From: a bacterium
Lineage (GTDB): Bacteria > UBA8248
DNA: 64,000 nt
Assembly (NCBI GenBank): GCA_965207065.1
Contig: OZ242260.1
Coordinates: 2,208,001-2,272,000, forward strand
Reading direction: 5' to 3'
Part shown: one piece after another, positions 42,068-52,461 of the stretch
Layout: every line of letters starts with the position of its first letter
Numbering within the stretch: position 1 is the stretch's first letter
Made by a program: the position numbers and the translations under genes
Notes under the pieces: model-generated
Database searches by the model: none
What the model was told of the DNA's origin: nothing
Seen by the model: the letters and a program-made list of their open reading frames with translations, nothing else

Positions 42068-42631
42068 GTGGCTTGGGCGATGAATCTGTGCGGCGCATGG
42101 CGGCGCTGGCTCCAGTCTCCAGCATCCCCGTCTGAGTCGGGCCGCTTCGGCGGTGCCGCGGCTGTCGTGCGCCTGTCCATCCTGGCCCTGACGTGTCTGC
42201 TGCTTGCGGGGCTCTCCTCCCAAGCCTACGCGCAGCGTGTGGACAGGACCGGCTGCCCAAATGTGAACCTATACCCAGGAGAGATTGCGAAGAGCGAGAT
42301 TGATCCGCTCATGGCAGCCTACAAGGCCGCCGCCGAAGCACTGCGTGGAGATGCTCTGGCCTACTTGACCAAAACTGGGGCAGCGTTCACTACCGCCGAG
42401 GCTGCTGGGGAGGCACTCCTCCAAGGGATGCGAAGCGTGCGTAATCGAATACGAAGCGGCGGCACAGAAGTCGGCGCTCCGCACTATAATGTCGCGTTTC
42501 AGTGGCAGCTTGATCTGGCCAAGCTCAATGGCGTGTCGAGACGCCTGAACAAGCACACCGGGTTACGACAGGTTGCTAACGACATCAAGTACGATGCGAG
42601 GCGATGTGAAGGCATCACGCGCAGCCACTAG
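42068..42631 (+). CDS. Hypothetical exported protein
   Basis: Hydrophobic stretch ending AYA-Q, two Cys in the mature part; start uncertain. Confidence 0.45.
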   Translation: MAWAMNLCGAWRRWLQSPASPSESGRFGGAAAVVRLSILALTCLLLAGLSSQAYAQRVDRTGCPNVNLYPGEIAKSEIDPLMAAYKAAAEALRGDALAYLTKTGAAFTTAEAAGEALLQGMRSVRNRIRSGGTEVGAPHYNVAFQWQLDLAKLNGVSRRLNKHTGLRQVANDIKYDARRCEGITRSH

Positions 42632-42976
42632 TGTGCCAGCCAGAAAACCCCCGTTTCGATCGGAATTCGCTGCATGGGCGAGATGATTCCTCGCACCTCG
42701 TCGACTTGTGGAAGGTACGCAACCCGGCTAATGTTTTGGAGGCGGACGGGATGCTGCGGTTCACAGGCATGCGCTTCGAAGACGGCGCGAACTGGAGCGA
42801 CGGCGACCTGCGTTACTTCATCGAAGTCAGCGGCAGGGAATTCCGTCGAGTGTGCAGTTCGTTCGTGCCCAACGGGCCCGCCGACTCCAATGAAGTGCCT
42901 TACTACTGGGCGTCGGGTGAGGATTTCGGGGTCGTCACGGGCGTGTTCTTCGGGACTGCGCACGAAGGGATGGGCG
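42632..42976 (+). pseudogene. C-terminal barrel fragment of the peptidase/TbpB lipoprotein family
   Basis: FTGMRFEDGANWSDGDLRY...DFGVVTGVFFGTAHEGMG matches the 29282-30826 C-terminus. Confidence 0.8.
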
Positions 42977-43385
42977 AACGGAAAAGCAATAGCAGCTTCC
43001 GGCGCCGGTGCGGGAAGTCGATGACATGCCGCACCTTGAATTTTCAGGAACGCACGAGATGTTGATTGTTGGGCAGTTTCCATAGATACTGGGAAGACGA
43101 TTTTTTTCGATAATCAAGACTGGCTGAACGGTGCTAAAGAGAAAGCGCCCCGGCTCAAATAACGCTTTTCGCCCACTCGTGGTGTCTCGTCGGGTGATGG
43201 CGAAATGGTTATCGTGACGGGAGGCTAATCCAGTTCCCGAATGAGTAGTGGGTTTTCATTTCTCCTCGGAAAAGCCACAAGCGCGAAGTATACAGGGATG
43301 AAATGCCCTTCGCCCGATAATGTCCAATTTTGACGGTTCGCAAGATGATCGAAGTCAGGTGGTTTCATGCCGCTTGTTTTACAAA

Positions 43386-44804
43386 ATGTCGCGGATGCGA
43401 TTTTTCGTTTCGGCGGGTCTAGCGGCGCTAACTGCCTTGATGCCCGCTCATTCCGCCCTTGAGGAGCGCGAGGGGCGTGTATTCCCCTCGACGAAGACCC
43501 TCACCATGTCCGACGCGATTCAGCAGGCCCTACGAAACAACCGAAGCCTCATCGACGCGCGCCTGAGGCGCATCACGGAGAAGTTCGCGCTCGAGAGGGC
43601 GGAAGAGCGTTACCATCCCAGGCTTAGCGTGACTCCCTCCGTGTCCGTCGACAGCTCGGGTTTCGGCGCGGACGTTGCATCTGAGGTGTCGGTGCGCGTT
43701 CCCACGGGCGGTCGTTTCACATTGAGTTGGTCGAAAGGGATCCGGGAAGGGGAGGATGAGGTGGACGAGCCCGTCGTTCTCCGTTTCGAACAACCTTTGC
43801 TCAAAGGCGCCGGCGTTGCCGTGGATACCGTTCCCGTGAAGGTCTCGAGGCTGCGGGAGAAGCTGAACATCCTCTCGTTCAAGTCGGCGGTGAGCGACGT
43901 CGTCGTCTCGGTGATCGAAGCCTACCGGAGGGTTCTGGAATCGAAACGGCGATTGGAGATCGCCGAGCGGTCTCTGGAGAGGCTGAAAGGACAGCTCGAA
44001 GTCAACAGGGCGCTGGTCCAGGCGGGCAGAATGGCCCGGCAGGACATCGTTCAGACCGAAGCGGACATCGTCAATCAGGAGATCCGGCTCACGGAGGCCC
44101 GCAACGAGCTTGAATCCACGCGCCTGTCGTTGCTCGTCTTGCTGGGTCTGGACAGCCGGCTGCGTCTGCGCTTGTCGGAGGATTTGCAATTCGCCGCATC
44201 GCGTGTACGACCGGGTTTCGTGCGCAGCTTTGAATCGGCGCTACGCAACCGGCCTGATTACCTGAGGGAGCGGATCAACGTTAAAATCGCCGAGACCGAT
44301 TATCTTGTGGCCCGCAACGAGCAATTTCCCGATCTGTCGCTGTTCTCGGAGTTGGGGTTCGACGTGAAGGGCGAGGAGGATAGCGACTATTCCGCCGGGC
44401 TGGAATTGACGCTCACGCTGGGGGATCGCTCACGGGAAGAGCGGCTCCTGAACGCGAGAGTCTCCCTGAGGCGTGCGCAAAACGCTCTTGCGCGAGTGCG
44501 CGATTCGATTGGAATCGAAATCCGCAGGGCGGTTCAGGACCTGCGGCTGAAGTCCCGTCAGGTGGAATTCTCCAGGCGGGCGCTGAGGCTCGCGGAACGA
44601 AAACTCATGATAGCGCAGGAAAAACTGCGCCTGGGACTCTCGTCGAACTTCGAGATGACGCAGTTTGAGCAGGACCTGATTTCAGCGCAAAATGCCGAGG
44701 CCGAAGCCGTCGTTTCCTTGCTGAACGCGCGAACGGCTTTCGACCGATCGCTTGGCGCGACGCTGGAGACATGGAAGATCGACGTCAAACGGGTGGAAGA
44801 ATGA
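43386..44804 (+). CDS. TolC-family outer membrane protein
   Basis: Signal peptide, LTMSDAIQQALRNN, FEQPLLKG, helical OEP repeats; start moved to ATG 43386 by comparison with the paralogue at 51179. Confidence 0.88.
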   Translation: MSRMRFFVSAGLAALTALMPAHSALEEREGRVFPSTKTLTMSDAIQQALRNNRSLIDARLRRITEKFALERAEERYHPRLSVTPSVSVDSSGFGADVASEVSVRVPTGGRFTLSWSKGIREGEDEVDEPVVLRFEQPLLKGAGVAVDTVPVKVSRLREKLNILSFKSAVSDVVVSVIEAYRRVLESKRRLEIAERSLERLKGQLEVNRALVQAGRMARQDIVQTEADIVNQEIRLTEARNELESTRLSLLVLLGLDSRLRLRLSEDLQFAASRVRPGFVRSFESALRNRPDYLRERINVKIAETDYLVARNEQFPDLSLFSELGFDVKGEEDSDYSAGLELTLTLGDRSREERLLNARVSLRRAQNALARVRDSIGIEIRRAVQDLRLKSRQVEFSRRALRLAERKLMIAQEKLRLGLSSNFEMTQFEQDLISAQNAEAEAVVSLLNARTAFDRSLGATLETWKIDVKRVEE

Positions 44805-46621
44805 TGGCAGACAGCGCCTCCTTGTATGAAAACATCGTGAGCACCATCTCCGCCGCCGTGATATCCCTGAGTCCCGACGGCGTGGTCACCAGTTTCAACC
44901 CCACGGCGTCGAAGCTCACGGGCTTGTCCGCAGAGGCGGTCATCGGAAAGAAGTTCTCCGAACTCATCCTTTCCCTGGAAGGGGCGGATGAGCTGTTCGA
45001 CGCAATACTCGAAGCCGTTTACGATGCTTCGGTCGTCCACCAGCGCACCGTGGAAGCGGTTTTCGCAAACCGGCTGTATTATTTGTCCGTGACAACGACC
45101 TACATTCAGGATGAACGCGAGGGCGAACTGGTCAGGACCGGTATCCTGGCGGTATTCGAGGATATCTCCGAAATCAGGGAGTTGCACCTCAACGAGTTGC
45201 GCCTCAAGAAGGAGTTGGAAGATGAGCATGAAAAACTGCTCGACGCTTTCCGGAAGATCGAGGCCGGCAACCGGCAGTTAAGGGCGGCTTCGACGAAGAT
45301 TCGCGCTCTGAGATTGGGAGCGGCCGCCTTCGCCCTGATTCTGCTAGCGACGCTCGGGGCCTATTTCTGGAAGGCGGGGTTTCTCCTGATCGAGGATAGG
45401 CTTGCGAGCGATGCCGTACGAATGATGCCGCCGGCCGTCCTGCAGGATGTTCCCGGTATTGTGGTTTCACCGAGGCGGATTTTTTCCTCGATTTCCATCC
45501 CCGGACGACTGGAGCCGAAGCGTCGGGTCGAAATCACCGCTCCGCTCGAGGGTAAAGTGGCGGAGATTCATTTTCAGTACGGCCAACGGGTTGCGAAAGA
45601 CCAGACGCTGATGGAACTGGACGTGGAGCCGACTCGGATCAAACATCGCCGTGCGCGGGTCGAGTACATCAAGGCGCGCAAGCGGGTCAAGGAACTCGAA
45701 GATTTGTCCGGCAACGTCGTCGTGTCCCGGGCGCGACGGGCCGTGGAGCAAAATAAGGCCGAACTAGAAGTGAACAAGGAAAGACTTTCGAAATCCGCGT
45801 TTCTGCTCGGGCGGGGCCTGATACCGGACTCTGAACACGAGGCAATGAAACGAACCCATCACAACTTGCAACTAAATCTCGAGTCGGCGGAACTCGATCT
45901 GAAGGTTATTCTCGCGGACGCCAACATCAATCGTGAAGCGGCCCGGCTCGAGTTCGACAACGCCCGGGTGAGATTGAAGACTCTCGCCGAGATTATACGC
46001 CGCTCGAAAGTGAAGGCGCCTTTAAGCGGGGTCATTATACAGCCGGGAGCTGGCAGTCGGGTGTCGAACACTCAACTGGGCCCCGTTGTGATGAAAGGCA
46101 CGACAGTGAAGCAGGGAGGCTACTTGCTGAGCATCGGCGATTTCTCCGGCCTGAAAATAGTCGGTAACGTGGATGAGGTGGACGTCGTGCGGATTCGCGC
46201 CGGTCAGGCCGTCACAATCGTTGGCGACGCTTTCCCGGGTATCAGGCTGAAGGGCAAGGTTGCGGAAGTCGCCCAGCAAGCCATGAGAGGCGGCTTTAGA
46301 AGGGGGGGGCTTCCGCGTTTCAAGGTGGCCGCCGTCGTGGAAGAGCTCACGGACGCGCAACGCAAGGTGCTGCGACTGGGCATGTCGGCTGTATTGCGCA
46401 TCGTGGTCTACGACAAACCCAACGCATTGGTGGTCCCTATCGGCGCGGTGAACACGCAATCAAGCCGTCCTCGCCTGCTGGTGAAAGACAAGGAGACCGG
46501 CGAGGCGCGATTTGTCGAGGTGGTCACCGGCGTGACGACCGTGAGCGAAGTGGAGATACTCGAGGGGCTTGAGGCGGGCGATGAAATCATAATCCCTGCG
46601 CGAGAAGATTCTGTGTCTTGA
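44801..46621 (+). CDS. PAS domain fused to a membrane-fusion (periplasmic adaptor) protein
   Basis: AVISLSPDGVVTSFNPTASKLTG...AVFEDISE (PAS), coiled coil, TM helix, ITAPLEGKV, VKAPLSGVI, VDEVDV, EILEGLEAGD; ATGA overlap with the TolC gene. Confidence 0.85.
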   Translation: MMADSASLYENIVSTISAAVISLSPDGVVTSFNPTASKLTGLSAEAVIGKKFSELILSLEGADELFDAILEAVYDASVVHQRTVEAVFANRLYYLSVTTTYIQDEREGELVRTGILAVFEDISEIRELHLNELRLKKELEDEHEKLLDAFRKIEAGNRQLRAASTKIRALRLGAAAFALILLATLGAYFWKAGFLLIEDRLASDAVRMMPPAVLQDVPGIVVSPRRIFSSISIPGRLEPKRRVEITAPLEGKVAEIHFQYGQRVAKDQTLMELDVEPTRIKHRRARVEYIKARKRVKELEDLSGNVVVSRARRAVEQNKAELEVNKERLSKSAFLLGRGLIPDSEHEAMKRTHHNLQLNLESAELDLKVILADANINREAARLEFDNARVRLKTLAEIIRRSKVKAPLSGVIIQPGAGSRVSNTQLGPVVMKGTTVKQGGYLLSIGDFSGLKIVGNVDEVDVVRIRAGQAVTIVGDAFPGIRLKGKVAEVAQQAMRGGFRRGGLPRFKVAAVVEELTDAQRKVLRLGMSAVLRIVVYDKPNALVVPIGAVNTQSSRPRLLVKDKETGEARFVEVVTGVTTVSEVEILEGLEAGDEIIIPAREDSVS

Positions 46622-46678
46622 GGATGCGGGTTGTCATCGCCGACTCGGGGAGCATTCAAACCGCAGAAGTGAGGAAAC

Positions 46679-47362
46679 ATGCTTGAATTGGTGGACGTTC
46701 ACAAGAGCTACGTCACGGGTCCGGTCACCACGGAAGTTCTCAGAGGCTTGCAACTCGAAGTGAGACGGGGCGACCTGCTGTCGATCATGGGGCCCTCCGG
46801 CAGCGGAAAATCGACGTTGCTGAACATCATCGGCCTTCTTGACCGCCCTACGAGCGGCTCCTGCCTGCTGAATGGCCGGGAACTCATGAAAATGAACGAC
46901 GATGAACTGTCTTCGCTTCGAAACGTCAGTATCGGCTTTGTATTTCAGTCGTTCTTTCTGTTGCCCCGCCTCACGGCGCTGGAGAACGTATCCGTCCCGC
47001 TCGTATACAGGAGATGGAGCGGAGCGGCGATCAGGGGCCGATCTCTCGAGATGCTCGAGAAGGTCGGCATGGGGGACCGCGCGAACCACAGACCCAACCA
47101 GCTCTCCGGTGGACAGCAACAGCGCGTGGCCATTGCGCGCGCCCTCGTCGGAGACCCGGCGGTCCTGCTGGCCGACGAACCTACCGGCGCTCTGGATTCT
47201 GACACTTCCGAAGCAATCATGGCGTTGTTTCTGGAACTGAACGCTTCGGAAGAGGTGACAGTCATCATTATCACCCATGACCGTGACGTCGCCCGCCGAT
47301 GTGCGCGGCGCACCCGCATACGAGACGGCTTGCTGGAGGAGTCCCCGGAAACCGGTGAGTGA
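46679..47362 (+). CDS. MacB/LolD-type ABC ATP-binding protein
   Basis: [37 protein letters not shown]. Confidence 0.95.
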   Translation: MLELVDVHKSYVTGPVTTEVLRGLQLEVRRGDLLSIMGPSGSGKSTLLNIIGLLDRPTSGSCLLNGRELMKMNDDELSSLRNVSIGFVFQSFFLLPRLTALENVSVPLVYRRWSGAAIRGRSLEMLEKVGMGDRANHRPNQLSGGQQQRVAIARALVGDPAVLLADEPTGALDSDTSEAIMALFLELNASEEVTVIIITHDRDVARRCARRTRIRDGLLEESPETGE

Positions 47363-47405
47363 ACGGCGTCATCTCCGGCGAATTTATTTTTGAAAGCACA
47401 ATAAA

Positions 47406-48593
47406 ATGTTAGAGATCACGAAAAGTTATCTGAAAGAGGCGATGCGCAGCCTATACTCTTCCAAGCAGCGCAGCCTGCTCACGATTGTCGGCGTCGTAGT
47501 CGGCGTGAGTTCAATGATCGCGATGGTTTCCATCGGGTTGATCGTGCAGCATGAGGCCCTCAAGCGGTTCCGGGCGCAGGGCACCGACATCATGATGATC
47601 AGAAAACTGGAAGAACCCCAGACTTCGAAAAAAAACAACATCACCCTCGAGGACGCCCTCGGACTGATGAAGCTTTCCACCATCGTGTCCTCGGCCCCGT
47701 TCCTCGTCTCCTCCTGGCAGACCTCTGTCGCCAAAAGGAATCTGAACGTCCGGGTCTTCGGGGTTACGGAACGTTTCGCGGCCCTCAGGAAACTTCCGCT
47801 GGACGAAGGACGATTCATATCGGACCTCGACCATCGCCGGTATTTCTGTGTTCTCGGAGCGGACATCGCCAGCGCCCTGCGCAGTGCTGGCGTCCGCCCC
47901 CTCGTCGGAGGCTCGTTTGTGGTGCGAGAGGTGGTCTATACCGTCGTGGGCGTCTTGCGCAAAACCCCGAGCAACCCGCTGGGGTTTCGCGATGCGAACG
48001 AAGCCGTTTTCATTCCTTTCAGTACGGCGAAAAGGGTTTTCGGCAATCCAGAACTCGAAGATGTCGTGGCCCGAATGACCCCGGGAGCGCATCACGACGA
48101 TATGATCGCGCAGGTGAAGGATTACTTTCGCCTCAAACCGAACGGTCCTAAAATAGAAGTGAGCACCCCGAGGCAGCTGATTGAGCAAATGCAGAATCAA
48201 ATGCGATTGATCACGCTGTTCTTAGGGTCGGTGGGAGGCATTTCTCTCCTCGTCGGAGGACTCGGCGTCATGAACGTCATGATGGCGACTGTATCGGAGC
48301 GGCGTCTGGAGATTGGAATCAAGCGCGCCCTCGGGGCTCGTCGCCGCGACATTCGGTGGCAATTCCTGATTGAATCGCTCATCCTGTCCATGCTCGGCGG
48401 CGGATTCGGAATTGCCCTGGGGCTCGGCGTGTCAAATGTCATCAGCAACCAGAACGGCTGGCAGTTTTTCGTGTCGCCCGAAACGGTCGGCCTGGGATTC
48501 GGCATCACCGCAGGCACCGGTCTATTCTTTGGTTTCTATCCGGCCTATATGGCGGCCAGGCTCGATCCTATCGTTGCGTTGCGCGGTAATTAG
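47406..48593 (+). CDS. MacB/FtsX-type ABC permease
   Basis: [47 protein letters not shown]. Confidence 0.93.
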   Translation: MLEITKSYLKEAMRSLYSSKQRSLLTIVGVVVGVSSMIAMVSIGLIVQHEALKRFRAQGTDIMMIRKLEEPQTSKKNNITLEDALGLMKLSTIVSSAPFLVSSWQTSVAKRNLNVRVFGVTERFAALRKLPLDEGRFISDLDHRRYFCVLGADIASALRSAGVRPLVGGSFVVREVVYTVVGVLRKTPSNPLGFRDANEAVFIPFSTAKRVFGNPELEDVVARMTPGAHHDDMIAQVKDYFRLKPNGPKIEVSTPRQLIEQMQNQMRLITLFLGSVGGISLLVGGLGVMNVMMATVSERRLEIGIKRALGARRRDIRWQFLIESLILSMLGGGFGIALGLGVSNVISNQNGWQFFVSPETVGLGFGITAGTGLFFGFYPAYMAARLDPIVALRGN

Positions 48594-49029
48594 GCGGGTG
48601 GTTTCCTCTCCGGCAAGGTTAGGGATTGACCGTCGCGCCTGCGCCCACGCGCGGATTGAAGCGCCATGTTTCGACGTGGTCTATGCCGGAAAGGTTTTCC
48701 GGCAATAGCACTACTTTTTTATCGTGACTCATCACGCTTGCCGGCCATCGTTTGGTGTCCCGGAAAGAAGCATCCGCCAGCTCCGTTCAATGCAGTTCGT
48801 TCGCGTTGTAGCACCATGAATCATGAAATCCCTGAAAAAAACTGCCAATTCCGTTCATGCTCAATAATAATATAAATACCCCGTATTCGGGTTTTTCGTC
48901 AGGCGCAACGACTCAAACGAGGTAAAGACGCTGAGGGATTACCGTGCAGAGGGAGATAAGTATTTCGCGGTGCGGTTTTTCAATCTGGAGTAACAGCAGG
49001 TCCAGTTCAGGGACGGCCGTTGGGGGAAT

Positions 49030-49392
49030 TGGTCCCCGCCTTAAAGGGCCTGTACGCTGCGAGCAGACTCACGCGGTTGATCGGATGGATCAGGGAAAGC
49101 GGTTACGTTCCGCGCACGTAGGTATCGCTCAAGACCGACTCGAAGCGTTCACAATCCGTGTGACTCATAAAGCCGACGGCGTGGAGAAGCTCGCGAACCA
49201 GAACCTGCTTGATCTCCTTGTCGCTGAAAGAGACAACGGCGTCCAGAGCGATCAGGCCGTCGGCACGGAGCGCGCCTTCCCAAAATCCGGCTTCCGATCA
49301 CTCCCTTTGCTCATGGTAGAAGACATACTTCAATACCCTCGTCCTGCCGAATTCGTCCGCGTTGGCGCCCGACCAATATTTGTGAGACGGCT
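49030..49392 (-). pseudogene. Peptidase-domain fragment of the same lipoprotein family
   Basis: Manual translation VRFLPK..GANADEFGRTRV..*..VRELLHAVGFMSHTDCERF..*..IHPINRVSLLAAY aligns with 29282-30826; two in-frame stops; first His is Arg. Confidence 0.8.
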
Positions 49393-49481
49393 TCTTGGGC
49401 AAGAACCGTACGTTCTGAGATCGTATCGGTAGAAATACTCCGTGCGTTCCTCGGTTATCGGCCGGTCGATGGCCTCCAATC

Positions 49482-50027
49482 TCAGCAGCCTCTGCCGCCA
49501 CCATCCTTGATATAGCCGGTGTATGAGATGGTACTCGGCAACAGGGTCTCCACGCGTACCCAATTACCGTTTTGTTGTATCCATCCTCCATACTGGGAAG
49601 CTTTTGGCTCAGACAGCTGCAGAGTAAGGCTTTCCTGACCCTCATTGATATTGTCATTTAACGTTTGCACGTAGATGCGCGCGCCGTTGACGCCAGCGCT
49701 GAACTCAACTTTGCCGGTGGTATTATTGTAGTCATTTCCGGCCACAGCAGTGCCGTTTTCTGTTTTGTATCGATAGGTGAGACTTCCGCTATAAATGTTC
49801 TTGCCCGGCCTGGCTATCCCGAAACTCAACCGCCCTCCTTCACACGCATTCGCGGACTGTGCTAGCGCATGCGACGGCACAATGACACCGGTCATCAACG
49901 GAACAGCGAACACGGCAAATACCAAGGCCCACAAAGCGCGCTTCTTTCGGGTATTCCTTATGGTGACTGTGAGCGTGGCAACCGCAATCGGCACCCGCGC
50001 TATGCTTCTGTAAAATGCCTTTTTCAT
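49482..50027 (-). CDS. Small exported single Calx-beta domain protein
   Basis: YKTENGTAVAGNDY..TTGKVEFSAG..VQTLNDNINEGQE; GGAG RBS before ATG 50027. Confidence 0.8.
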   Translation of the reverse strand: MKKAFYRSIARVPIAVATLTVTIRNTRKKRALWALVFAVFAVPLMTGVIVPSHALAQSANACEGGRLSFGIARPGKNIYSGSLTYRYKTENGTAVAGNDYNNTTGKVEFSAGVNGARIYVQTLNDNINEGQESLTLQLSEPKASQYGGWIQQNGNWVRVETLLPSTISYTGYIKDGGGRGC

Positions 50028-50071
50028 GTCAGTTTCTCCCTTGATTGATGGTAGAAGCGGCTGCTCAGGTA

Positions 50072-50584
50072 TCAGCACCCCCCTGCCTGTGCTTGCGCAA
50101 CCGAGATTGAACCGTCGTCATCGATAATCTTCCCCTGCCTCTCGAATTGCCTCGGGAACTCCGGAGAGAGTTGGATAGGCGGCGTCATCCACCCCTCGAC
50201 GTTGCTGTAATACCCAGACATCTGGAAATCGTAGAACTTCAGAACGAAGAATTCGTCATTTTCCTTGGTGCAGTCGTCGCGCGTTTTCACCGAAATTCTC
50301 TTCTTCGATTCGCCCGGCCCAAATTCCACCTTGCCGCTGACCGACTCGAAATCCTGTCCGCTCGTGGCCGATCTGCCTTCCGTTCGATACGACCAGCGAT
50401 AGGACCAGTTATTCGGCGGGAGGTTCGTATCTATCTTGAACGTCATAGTCCCGCCCTCGCGAGCCTCGGCATCGGCCGCCAATGCCAGCGGCGAGCCGGT
50501 CGCTGCCCCGATCATCATCATGACAGCGAAAGTGGCCGCCGCAATCGGAAGTGGTGTGATATTGCGGTAGAATGGCTTTTCCAT
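50072..50584 (-). CDS. Small exported single Calx-beta domain protein
   Basis: YRTEGRSATSGQDF..VSGKVEFGPGESKKRISV...DDCTKENDEFF, GKIIDDD. Confidence 0.82.
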   Translation of the reverse strand: MEKPFYRNITPLPIAAATFAVMMMIGAATGSPLALAADAEAREGGTMTFKIDTNLPPNNWSYRWSYRTEGRSATSGQDFESVSGKVEFGPGESKKRISVKTRDDCTKENDEFFVLKFYDFQMSGYYSNVEGWMTPPIQLSPEFPRQFERQGKIIDDDGSISVAQAQAGGC

Positions 50585-50599
50585 GTAGGTCCCCTTTAT

Positions 50600-50830
50600 C
50601 TTGATGGACTGTCGTACTCGGTAGCTTCTAGTCCTAGTCGGCCTTGGCCTTGCTGTCCCGCGTCTGATACGAGTACCGAAAGTCGGAATCCGGCACCGTA
50701 TAGCCCGGTGCAGCGGTGGGCGCCGCGATCACGAACTCCGCTGCCTCACCATCGGTCACCGTGACATCCTGCGACGCGGCCGACTGGGCAATCGACGTGA
50801 GCATAACGTCGAGCAGGGCTCCTCCCCTCA
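50600..50830 (-). pseudogene. Third Calx-beta gene, degraded
   Basis: VTDGEAAEFVI..FRYSYQTRDSKAKAD then in-frame TAG stops where the paralogues have GQDF/GNDY. Confidence 0.5.
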
Positions 50831-51178
50831 ACATTCGCAACCACGCGGGTGCCTCGACAGAAATCGATTCTTCATAACTTTCTTCTTGTCCGAGTGCCGT
50901 TTCGTACTTCCGGTTCTTCTCTATCCCAATAATATTACAAGCCCGGAAATCGAAAATCAATTTTTTTTAATTTTAATTTCCAGAATAAAATCAATATAGT
51001 GGCGAGGTCTCGGAAGGACCGGAAGGAAATGCCCTCCGCCCGAAAGTGACGGATTCCGACGGTTAAAGAGATAATCGGCGGCAGGCGGTTTCATTCGCCT
51101 AATATATGAGAGTGGCACAAGGGGAGGGGTGATACGATTTGTCTGCTACCCGGGATCAGGGACATCACGGTTTGCTGC

Positions 51179-51466
51179 ATGAAGCTTTCGCTCACGCTGT
51201 TTCTCGTTTCGGCGAGCCTGGCGACACTGGTCTTTATGACACCCGTCTCCTCGACACCTGTGGAACGAAGCGGGCGAGCGTTGCCCTCGACTGAGAAGCT
51301 CACGTTGGCCGATGCGATTCGACGAGCCCTGCGGAATAACCGAAGCCTCATCAATGCGCGCCTCGCGCGCATCGCACAGAAGTTCACGCTAAAGAAAGCG
51401 GAAGAAAGGTATCATCCGACGCTGAGCGTCACCCCCTCAGTTTCCGTCGACCGCTCCGGTTTCGGG
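51179..51466 (+). pseudogene. 5' fragment of a second TolC paralogue
   Basis: ALRNNRSLINARL..KFTL..AEERYHP.LSVTPSVSVD.SGFG nearly identical to the 43386 gene; homology stops at an intron-derived palindrome. Confidence 0.88.
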
Positions 51467-51639
51467 GGCCGGGTAGGCGGGGGCATTGCTGCGCCCCGCC
51501 TACCCGGCCAATGGTTAGTAACAGTTCGGCGGAGGGGTGATAACTTAGTCGATGCCGGAGACATTTGTAGGAATTGCGCGGTGTAGCCAGCTTCAGCTGG
51601 TGCTTTCCTTTTCTTTATCACCCCACGACCGAACGAATA

Positions 51640-52448
51640 TTGCGCCAGGCTAAGCCCTGGAGAGGAGGATGCCATGACCTGAAACCTCTCGTAGCGACCC
51701 AGCGGGTTCGACTCCCGCCCGGCAAAGGCGAAGCCGGCCAGCCGGAAGCGAGTCTTGCATGGCGTGCGGCAACGCCCGTCGTGAAGCGTAGACAGCAGGT
51801 GATGAAGCGGCGGGGTAAGCCTCGAAATCGGTCAATCGACGACGCCTTCATTGTTAATCGTGTGGGGGCAGCACCAGGAGCGCCGCCAATGGCGAGGCGC
51901 AACGGGTCGTCCGGGGTCGTGGGCCGGCGCAAAGTCACGGGACGGGTCGCCAGGGAACCTGGGAGATCCTGCTCTTGCCCGTGGGCAAGAACGCTGGAAA
52001 GGGGACGGCCAGCGTGAACAATCCAGACCCCGGCCCGTCGCCGGACCTGCACGGCGGCGGGAGCGCCCCAGGGCGGACACGAACCCGGCAGGCGCCCGCG
52101 GAACCGGCTGGCCAAAACAATAAGCCGAAGGACATGCGAGGGTAGGAAGTCGTAGCGCCCTGATAGTACCGCTGAAGGCGGGGAACCGTGGCCATCGGGA
52201 CCCGCTGGAGGGAAGCGGGGCGTCATCTGTACAGAACCACTGATGGGAAACGATGGAGGAAACTCTGAGTTCCACCAACACGTACACGAAACAGCAGTGG
52301 ATAGCCGAACAGGCGAGGAATGCCTCGACCTGCGGACCAAGGGTGACAACCCCTTGAGCGAACCTGTCAGGTGAGGAACCGAGTGCGTCAATCGCGCACG
52401 CTCGGGTCTGCGGGGGGAGGGGCGCAGCAATGCCCCCTCCTACCCGGC
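51640..52448 (+). ncRNA. Group II intron with internally deleted RT ORF
   Basis: 5' TTGCG; domain V-like GAACCGAGTGCG..CGCACGCTCGGGTCTG; domain VI-like GGGGCGCAGCAATGCCCCCTCCTACCCGGC; only about 22 codons resembling an RT start (MEETLSSTNTYTKQQWIAEQAR) remain near 52253. Confidence 0.8.
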
Positions 52449-52461
52449 CATGGTTAGTAAC

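Noticed and set aside
51516-51640. Canonical integron attC site
   Set aside because: Box spacing and RYYYAAC/GTTRRRY consensus not met; no integrase nearby
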